Shown: piece after piece, positions 56,774-64,000 of the stretch
Layout: each line of letters opens with the position of its first letter
How positions within the stretch are numbered: the stretch's first letter is position 1
Notes under the pieces: generated by a model
Told to the model about the DNA's origin: nothing
Databases searched by the model: none
What the model saw: only the letters and a program-made list of their open reading frames with translations
Position numbers and translations under genes: made by a program
From: an uncultured Flavobacteriaceae bacterium
GTDB lineage: Bacteria; Bacteroidota; Bacteroidia; Flavobacteriales; Flavobacteriaceae
Direction of reading: 5' to 3'
Assembly (NCBI GenBank): GCA_937923515.1
Contig: CALDUF010000057.1
Span: 230 to 64,229, forward strand
Length of the DNA: 64,000 nt

Positions 56774-58291
56774 ATGAACAAAAAAACCATCCTAATGATC
56801 TTAGATGGTTGGGGAAAATCTCCTGACCCAAAAGTTTCTGCAATTGATAATGCACATACACCTTTTATAGACAGTTTATATAAAAAATACCCAAGCGCAT
56901 CACTTAGAACGGATGGTTTACACGTAGGTTTACCTGAAGGACAAATGGGAAATAGCGAAGTTGGACACATGAATCTTGGTGCTGGTAGAATTGTATATCA
57001 AGATTTAGTAAAAGTAAATTTAGCTGTTGAAAATAAAACCTTAAATACAGAACAGGTTTTAGTTGATGCCTTTAACTATGCAAAAACAAATGGTAAGGAT
57101 GTTCATTTTTTAGGATTATTAAGTGATGGTGGTGTACATTCTCACATCAACCATATTAAAGGCTTGATTGATGCTGCTGAAGATGCAGGTGTTGCTAACG
57201 CATACATACACGGTTTTACAGATGGGCGCGATGTAGACCCTAAATCTGGAGCAGGCTTTGTAGCAGACCTTCAAACGTTTATTCAAAATAAAAACACAAA
57301 AATTGCAACCATCTCTGGCCGCTATTATGCGATGGATAGAGATAAACGATGGGAACGTATTAAATTAGTTTATGATGCTTTAGTAAGTGCCAAAGGCGAA
57401 TTATCAAACGATATTACGGCTACCATTAATGCAAATTATGCTAACGACATCACAGATGAATTTATAAAGCCAATTATAGCTGTTAATGAAAACAATGCGC
57501 CTCTTACACAAATAAAAGATGGCGATGTTATTGTATTCTTCAATTTTAGAACAGACAGAGGTAGAGAATTAACCGAAGTGTTGTCTCAAAAAGACTTCCC
57601 TGAGTACGATATGAAAAAGCTTAATTTACATTACGTAACACTAACCAATTATAATGATGAGTACAAGAATGTAAATGTAATTTTTAATAAAGAAAACTTA
57701 AGCGAAACTTTAGGTGAGGTTTTAGAAAAACATAACAAAAAACAAATTAGAATTGCAGAAACAGAAAAATATCCTCACGTTACATTTTTCTTTTCTGGTG
57801 GTCGAGAAGCGCCTTTTGAGGGCGAACAACGTATTTTAAGAAATTCTCCAAAAGTAGCAACATACGATTTGAAACCAGAAATGAGTGCTTTTGAACTAAA
57901 AGACGCGCTTATTCCTGAATTAGAAAAAGGAGAAGTAGATTTTGTATGCCTAAACTTTGCAAATGGCGATATGGTAGGACATACTGGCGTTATGGAAGCA
58001 GCAATAAAAGCTTGCGAAGCTGTAGATACTTGTGTAAAAGACGTTGTTACAACAGCGTTAGAAAATAATTATACCACGCTTTTAATTGCAGATCATGGTA
58101 ACTGTGAAACCATGATAAACCCAGATGGTTCTCCAAATACCGCGCATACCACTAACCCTGTACCGCTAATTTTAATAGATAATGATTTAAAAGAAATTAA
58201 AGATGGTATTTTGGGCGATTTAGCACCAACTATTTTAAAACTTATTGGAGTTGCCCAACCTGAAGCAATGACGCAACATCCACTGGTTTAA
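56774..58291 (+). CDS. gpmI: 2,3-bisphosphoglycerate-independent phosphoglycerate mutase
   Basis: ILDGWG, GNSEVGH, GRYYAMDRD, AETEKY, DMVGHTG and ADHGN; TATATTTG promoter at 56743-56750. Confidence 0.97.
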   Translation: MNKKTILMILDGWGKSPDPKVSAIDNAHTPFIDSLYKKYPSASLRTDGLHVGLPEGQMGNSEVGHMNLGAGRIVYQDLVKVNLAVENKTLNTEQVLVDAFNYAKTNGKDVHFLGLLSDGGVHSHINHIKGLIDAAEDAGVANAYIHGFTDGRDVDPKSGAGFVADLQTFIQNKNTKIATISGRYYAMDRDKRWERIKLVYDALVSAKGELSNDITATINANYANDITDEFIKPIIAVNENNAPLTQIKDGDVIVFFNFRTDRGRELTEVLSQKDFPEYDMKKLNLHYVTLTNYNDEYKNVNVIFNKENLSETLGEVLEKHNKKQIRIAETEKYPHVTFFFSGGREAPFEGEQRILRNSPKVATYDLKPEMSAFELKDALIPELEKGEVDFVCLNFANGDMVGHTGVMEAAIKACEAVDTCVKDVVTTALENNYTTLLIADHGNCETMINPDGSPNTAHTTNPVPLILIDNDLKEIKDGILGDLAPTILKLIGVAQPEAMTQHPLV

Positions 58292-58341
58292 TGAACTATT
58301 GAAAAAGAATTACCTTTGTAAATCATAAATTCCTAAGTCCT

Positions 58342-58752
58342 ATGAATTTTACAGATACACTCATTATAGCAATTGATTTTGATGGCACTATTGTAGAAGA
58401 TGCTTATCCTAGAATAGGCAAACCGCAAATGTTTGCTTTCGAAACTCTAAAAAAATTACAAGAACAAGGCCATCGCCTTATTTTGTGGACCTATAGATGT
58501 GAAGATAAACTAGATGAAGCTGTAAAGTTTTGTGAAGATAATGGCATTAAGTTTTATGCCGTTAATAAAAGTTTCCCAGAAGAAGAGTACACTGATAATA
58601 TAAGTAGAAAAATAAATGCAGATTTATTTATCGACGATAGAAATATTGGAGGATTTTATGGTTGGGGAGAAGTATATCAGCTATTAACTAATAGTGATGT
58701 TAAATCTTTAGAGTACAAAAAGAAAAAGCGTTTTTTAGATTTTTTTAGATAA
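58342..58752 (+). CDS. BT0820-like HAD-type phosphatase
   Basis: IAIDFDGTI, LILWTYR and RKINADLFIDDR motifs. Confidence 0.85.
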   Translation: MNFTDTLIIAIDFDGTIVEDAYPRIGKPQMFAFETLKKLQEQGHRLILWTYRCEDKLDEAVKFCEDNGIKFYAVNKSFPEEEYTDNISRKINADLFIDDRNIGGFYGWGEVYQLLTNSDVKSLEYKKKKRFLDFFR

Positions 58753-59570
58753 TGATTGAAATAAAAACCAGAGAAGAAATAGAGTTAATGCGCGAAAGCG
58801 CATTAATAGTATCTAAAACTTTGGGAGAAGTTGCTAAAGCAATTACACCAGGAGTTACCACGTTACAGTTAGATAAAATTGCTGAAGAATACATAAGAGA
58901 CCAAGGTGCAATACCAGGTTTTTTAGGGCTTTACGATTTTCCCAACACACTATGCATGAGTCCTAATGCACAGGTGGTACACGGTATTCCTAATAATGAT
59001 CCGCTTGTGGAAGGCGATATTATTTCAATAGACTGTGGCGCATTAAAAAACGGATTTTATGGCGATCATGCGTATACATTTCCTGTTGGAGAAATTACTC
59101 CAGAAATTGAGAAGTTATTACAAATCACTAAAGAATCGTTATATGTTGGTATACGCGAATTCAAATTAAATAATCGTGTTGGCGATGTGGGTTATGCCAT
59201 TCAAAATTACTGTGAAGCACAAGGTTATGGTGTGGTAAGAGAGTTGGTTGGCCATGGCTTAGGCAAAAAAATGCATGAAGATCCAGAGATGCCAAATTAT
59301 GGACGTAGAGGTCGCGGTAAAAAGTTTGTTGAAGGTATGGTAGTAGCAATTGAACCTATGATTAATATGGGCACGCAACGCATAAAACAACACAGAGATG
59401 GCTGGACCATAACTACTCTAGATAATTTACCATCAGCACATTTTGAGCATGATGTGGCCTTAGTAGATGGCAAACCAGAGTTACTATCAACCTTTGCCTA
59501 TATTTATGAGGCTTTAGGCATTGAGAGTGATGAGGAAGATGAGTTTAGACAAAAGGCTTTAGTACTTTAA
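58752..59570 (+). CDS. map: Type I methionine aminopeptidase
   Basis: VHGIP, DCG, GD, GHGLG, HEDP, IEPM and AHFEH motifs. Confidence 0.96.
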   Translation: MIEIKTREEIELMRESALIVSKTLGEVAKAITPGVTTLQLDKIAEEYIRDQGAIPGFLGLYDFPNTLCMSPNAQVVHGIPNNDPLVEGDIISIDCGALKNGFYGDHAYTFPVGEITPEIEKLLQITKESLYVGIREFKLNNRVGDVGYAIQNYCEAQGYGVVRELVGHGLGKKMHEDPEMPNYGRRGRGKKFVEGMVVAIEPMINMGTQRIKQHRDGWTITTLDNLPSAHFEHDVALVDGKPELLSTFAYIYEALGIESDEEDEFRQKALVL

Positions 59571-60334
59571 TGAAGCGAGCTTTTAAGTTTATATTAAACG
59601 TAGTACCTAGACCTCTTTTAATCAGGCTCAGCTATATTATTCGTCCACTACTAGCTTTCTTTTTAAGAGGAAATAATTATACAGACCCTATTGATGGTAA
59701 AAGTTTTAAATCGTTTTTACCTTATGGATACGGCAAACAACGTAATAATGTTTTATCTCCCTCTACGCTATCGTTAGAGCGTCATCGATTATTATGGCTT
59801 TACCTTAAGAATGAAACTGATTTTTTTTCAGCAAATTCTAAGATACTTCATTTTGCACCTGAACAGTGTTTTTTAAAACGGTTTAAAACCCTAAAAAATC
59901 TCGATTACACAACAACCGATTTACTATCGCCAATTGCAGATGTAAAGGCAGATATTTGTAATCTTCCTTTTAAAGATAATACGTTTGATGTTATTTTATG
60001 CAATCATGTTTTAGAACACATACCAGATGATACTAAAGCGATGGAAGAACTGTATCGTGTTATGAAACAGGGTGGTTATGGTATTTTTCAAATTCCGCAA
60101 GATTTAGATAGAGCCACTACTTTTGAGGATAATAGTATTACAGATAAAAAAGAACGCGCTAAGATTTTTGGACAATATGATCATGTTCGTGTATACGGTC
60201 GAGATTATTTTGATAAATTAAGCCAAATAGGTTTTAAGGTGGATGCAGTAGACTACACTGCGCAACTTTCAGAAGAAAATATTAAAAAATTCTGTTTAGC
60301 AAAAGGGGAATTAATTCCAGTAGTATACAAATAA
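59570..60334 (+). CDS. Class I SAM-dependent methyltransferase
   Basis: LHFAPE, FDVILCNHVLEH and FGQYDHVR motifs. Confidence 0.87.
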   Translation: MKRAFKFILNVVPRPLLIRLSYIIRPLLAFFLRGNNYTDPIDGKSFKSFLPYGYGKQRNNVLSPSTLSLERHRLLWLYLKNETDFFSANSKILHFAPEQCFLKRFKTLKNLDYTTTDLLSPIADVKADICNLPFKDNTFDVILCNHVLEHIPDDTKAMEELYRVMKQGGYGIFQIPQDLDRATTFEDNSITDKKERAKIFGQYDHVRVYGRDYFDKLSQIGFKVDAVDYTAQLSEENIKKFCLAKGELIPVVYK

Positions 60335-60624
60335 AAAAAAGCTGTTTCAATAAAATTAAAACAACTCTTTTTGTAATTAAATGATTAATAGCTATTGTTA
60401 AGACACAGCAATTTCTAATAAGTCACATTTTTTTTCAGAAAATTCATTTAAAGCTAAAGTTTCTATCTCATTATTATCATTTTCAAAAATTAAAAATGAT
60501 GAAATTACTAGATTAGACTGGACATTTAGAAGAAAGGTTTACAAATAGTTTTAATAACTTTTATTTATTTACAAATTAATAAATAAGGTTACACAAAATA
60601 ACTTTAACCCATTTCAACTCGTTA

Positions 60625-63204
60625 TTAGTTTTTTACAAAACGTTTGGTTAGAATTGCTCCCTCTACATCTTCAATTTTAATTAAATACACACCCTTATTT
60701 AGATTAGAGACATTAATTTTTGAACTATCTACTTTTAAAATCTCCGAACCAAAAATATTATAAATACTAGCGTGCTTAAATTTGCTATTCATCTCGATAT
60801 TTAAAATACTTGTTGTTGGATTTGGATAAAGTTTTATTTGGTTTTGAGAGGTTTTTAAATCATCATTCGAAAGTGTTGGATTAAATTCAAAAGCACCAGC
60901 ATCTACACTATTATTTATGAAACGATTGTTATCAACAATGTCAAAAAGAATATCAATAGGTACTAAGGCGTTATCACCAAAATCAATTGCAGGCGAACCT
61001 GATGTTAGAGCGTAATCGTCATTTGCTTCATCTTTAAAACTAGGATTAGCACTATTAATATTTTGTTTATCTGTCCAATTACTAAAATTATCTGGATCAA
61101 AAGAATTACGAGCAATTACACTATTTGGAGGTGACTGAGTACCAAATCGATTTACTGCCAACTTTTCTACTGAAATAGAGTTGCTTGTAAAATTTCCTTT
61201 AAATATACTGTTGAAAACTGAAATATTGGTTGACCCAGAAATACGCGAGGCACTAATTACGCCGGTAGCATTTGCTGAAGAGCCCGAAAAATTGTTGTTT
61301 GTAATTGTGCAGTTAATAAATTCGCCATTATTAGTTGATGCTACATCAGCTCTAAACCAAAATAAGGTATTAATACCAGCAGAATTTCCTCCTGTAGTTG
61401 GATACACCAAAACATCTGTGACTTTATTATCGTAAAATAAACAATTGATAAATTTGGTTGTTACTACACCGTTAGTTCTTGGGTTTGAAGCATAATAAAC
61501 GGTAGCAAATCGGGCTAAATTATTTCTAAAAATACAATTGCTTATTACATAATTATAATTACCTGTTTGTGCATTATTTTGAGGCGCATAAATTACACCT
61601 GCATCAACAGCTACATTTCTCTCAAAAATTACATTATTTATCTTGAAATTCTTTACTGTTTCTGTCACAAACACTGCCGAACCAGAACGTAAAAAAACAC
61701 TCGAATTATCATCTGCAAATCCACCAGATATCGTAAGGCCATCAATTACTGTGTTTTCGCCTGAAATCCACATGAGGCGATGCGTGTTTTCAGTTAAATT
61801 ATTGTTTGCGAAATCTATAAATCCGTTAGCATCATTGCCTGCTCTATCTCCAGAAATAATTACTTGATTTGCTTTTGGATCTCGCTCGCTCAAGCTTGTT
61901 TCGTTACCAACAAAACCGCCGTAAACTTTTTGATTATCACTTAAAACAAAACTTGAAGATTCTGATGTTGTAAATTTATAAGTGCCAGAAGCTAACCAAA
62001 AATCAGAATTAGGATTATTGGCTAAAGCGGTGGCAAAATTTGTGTACGCATCTGCCCAGTTTGTACCATTGTTATTTCCTGTAGCATTTACGTTTACATA
62101 TACAGGTGGCGAGGACGTTGTGAATTGAACTGCCGTAGACCAATCTGAAACTGGTGTGTTAGCATTCGTACAATTATTTCTGAATTGAATATTATAGGAT
62201 GTAGAAGCATTAAGTGCTAATATTTCGAAACTGTTTTGAGTAATATTATTTACAATAGTATAAGTATTAAAAGCATCTGCACTAAGACCGTAGGCAATAT
62301 CATAGTCTCCAATTTGCGAAATATTTAGAGTGGCAGATGAAAAATCTATATTACTTAAACTAAAATTTGATGTTGCTGGAGGAACACAAAAAACAAATCC
62401 TTGATTCGTTGCAATTTGACTAACTTCTGTAGGGCTGATGACACGATTGTAGATATAAATATCATCAATATTGTCTTGATATATTTGAGTTGACGTTAAC
62501 ATTCCGTTACCAATATTTGCAATTTTTAAATCTACAGGTCTATCTAAATCTCTGCCTGTAAATATGCCACCAACATTTACGTTTTCCGTTGAAGTTTGAC
62601 TTAATTGATTATTAACATAGTAATTATATGTATAAGGATATGTATTTCTCCCAGACGAAGTATTAAATTGAGTAGCTTCTTTTTTGATAGTTATTACTAT
62701 ATGTTTCCATGAACCATCTGCTATGACTTCTGAGAAAAAACGGTCTCCCAAAAAATTTCCCTGAGCACCAGTATTATTATTTGCAACTACACGACGAGAA
62801 CTTTTTAAGCCAATTCTACCATTCTTTAAGTATATAAAGAAACCGTTTTTAAAATCGTTGGCAGATGAGAAATTTGCTGATGTACGTTCGCTTTTATCAA
62901 AAATAGTTCTTTCATTACTATCTATAACATTGGTTTTTATCCAAAATGAAAAAGATATATCTGTAAATGAAAATGTAGAACTATTTAGATAATCTCCGTT
63001 TAGACTTATGCTATTAGATGATGTACCAAAGCGATCGTTGTCAATAATTAAGTTTGTTCCATTCTGAGTAAAATTTGAGCTATTAACTGTGTCAGTCAAA
63101 CTTCCGTTAGTAAAATCATAAGCGCGTTGCAAGCCATTTGTGGGTATTTGCCCAAAAGCAAAAAATGAAATAAATAATACAATACATAGTAATCTTGTTT
63201 TCAT
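60625..63204 (-). CDS. T9SS-secreted protein: LamG-like, FN3, beta-helix with choice-of-anchor-Q-like tail, type A C-terminal domain
   Basis: SFSFWIK...WKHIV...IDDIYIYNR (LamG); LNASTSYNIQFR (FN3); YVNVNATGNNNGTNWADA; SPAIDFG...DAGAFE; YPNP...KRFVKN. Confidence 0.85.
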   Translation of the reverse strand: MKTRLLCIVLFISFFAFGQIPTNGLQRAYDFTNGSLTDTVNSSNFTQNGTNLIIDNDRFGTSSNSISLNGDYLNSSTFSFTDISFSFWIKTNVIDSNERTIFDKSERTSANFSSANDFKNGFFIYLKNGRIGLKSSRRVVANNNTGAQGNFLGDRFFSEVIADGSWKHIVITIKKEATQFNTSSGRNTYPYTYNYYVNNQLSQTSTENVNVGGIFTGRDLDRPVDLKIANIGNGMLTSTQIYQDNIDDIYIYNRVISPTEVSQIATNQGFVFCVPPATSNFSLSNIDFSSATLNISQIGDYDIAYGLSADAFNTYTIVNNITQNSFEILALNASTSYNIQFRNNCTNANTPVSDWSTAVQFTTSSPPVYVNVNATGNNNGTNWADAYTNFATALANNPNSDFWLASGTYKFTTSESSSFVLSDNQKVYGGFVGNETSLSERDPKANQVIISGDRAGNDANGFIDFANNNLTENTHRLMWISGENTVIDGLTISGGFADDNSSVFLRSGSAVFVTETVKNFKINNVIFERNVAVDAGVIYAPQNNAQTGNYNYVISNCIFRNNLARFATVYYASNPRTNGVVTTKFINCLFYDNKVTDVLVYPTTGGNSAGINTLFWFRADVASTNNGEFINCTITNNNFSGSSANATGVISASRISGSTNISVFNSIFKGNFTSNSISVEKLAVNRFGTQSPPNSVIARNSFDPDNFSNWTDKQNINSANPSFKDEANDDYALTSGSPAIDFGDNALVPIDILFDIVDNNRFINNSVDAGAFEFNPTLSNDDLKTSQNQIKLYPNPTTSILNIEMNSKFKHASIYNIFGSEILKVDSSKINVSNLNKGVYLIKIEDVEGAILTKRFVKN

Positions 63205-63238
63205 AATAAATTTGGTTTTATAATTATAAAAACAAAAA

Positions 63239-63268
63239 TGCCATTATAAACTAATGTTAATAATGGCA
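63239..63268 (-). terminator. Hairpin between the LytTR regulator and the T9SS gene (terminator-like)
   Basis: TGCCATTAT-N12-ATAATGGCA, followed on the minus strand by TTTTTGTTTTT. Confidence 0.55.
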
Positions 63269-63301
63269 AATTTCTGAAATGGGCTTTTCGGTTTTTAAAG
63301 C

Positions 63302-64000
63302 TTAGATATTTTGAACAATATTTAAAAACTCGTCTTTTTTATCGTTTGAAATAGATACTGTTTTGTCGTTTTGCATTACAATATAACCGCCATCTTTTTT
63401 AACATATTCTTTTATAAATGACAAATTAATTAGGTAAGAACGATGTGGACGGTAAAAAGTTTTTACTTTTTTTAAAGTTTCAACAAAAAACTTTAAAGGC
63501 TTGCTAACTAAAATTTCGCCTTCTAAGGTGGTAGATACTTTTGTGTACATACCATCGGCCTCTAACATTATAATGTCAGAAAAATTTACAAACTTAACAC
63601 CATTATTGTTTGGTAAGCCAATTTTTTTAAAATTTGCATCTTCTAAGCTACTTTTTAGCTCTATTAGTCGCTGGTTTATCTGTGTATTGCCCAAAAACTT
63701 TATAGCTTTATCTACTGCTTCTTTTACTTGGCTAGGGCGAACTGGTTTTAATAAATAATCTATAGCAGATAACTGAAAAGCTTGTATTGCATACTCACTG
63801 TATGCTGTGGTAAATATAATTTCAAAATTATGGACTGCTTTTTCTATAAAGTTTAAAATTTCTAGTCCAGAATGTTCTGGCATTTCAATATCGAGAAATA
63901 CAATATTTGGTGCTTGTTGCTTTATTAATTCTACACCTGTTAGAAGATTATCGGCCTGTAAAATGTTTGTTATTTTTGGGCAATTTTCTTCTACCAATAT
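63302..64000 (-). CDS. LytTR family two-component response regulator (5' end outside the window)
   Basis: Receiver FLDIEMP, FTTAY, DYLLKP; LytTR FYRPHRSYLIN; frame stays open to the window edge. Confidence 0.92.
   Translation of the reverse strand: MLVEENCPKITNILQADNLLTGVELIKQQAPNIVFLDIEMPEHSGLEILNFIEKAVHNFEIIFTTAYSEYAIQAFQLSAIDYLLKPVRPSQVKEAVDKAIKFLGNTQINQRLIELKSSLEDANFKKIGLPNNNGVKFVNFSDIIMLEADGMYTKVSTTLEGEILVSKPLKFFVETLKKVKTFYRPHRSYLINLSFIKEYVKKDGGYIVMQNDKTVSISNDKKDEFLNIVQNI

Noticed and set aside
335-63758. Many short ORFs in the track antisense or out of frame to long genes (e.g. 30546-30935, 33236-33712, 19665-21824)
   Set aside because: They lie within well-supported genes and show no family motifs; shadow ORFs.

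Overview
AT-rich chromosomal segment of a Flavobacteriaceae (Bacteroidota) bacterium, judged from TAnnTTTG promoters, SusC/SusD genes and T9SS cargo proteins. It is mostly core genes: rpsL 5' end, rlmB, rarA, radC, valS, murB, aqpZ, lipA, lpxK, msrA, tatA, pepE, gpmI, map and tRNA-Gly(TCC). It also holds a SusC/SusD-lipoprotein-S8 protease locus, a kynurenine cluster (kynU, kmo, atypical SDR, nbaC, ACMSD), two ECF sigma factors, two paralogous TPR hybrid histidine kinases, an M1 aminopeptidase cluster and a T9SS LamG/beta-helix protein next to a LytTR regulator. I saw no prophage, transposase, CRISPR array or rRNA. The most notable signal is non-coding: four dispersed copies of a covarying structured element resembling the Flavo-1 RNA motif. 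Genes flanking the three full-length copies show a strand-specific synonymous bias (A-poor on the element's strand) that follows element orientation rather than gene orientation, suggesting an element-centred local mutational process. Codon counts are hand tallies of about 100 codons per gene and need computational confirmation. Family assignments are from motif recognition, not database searches.
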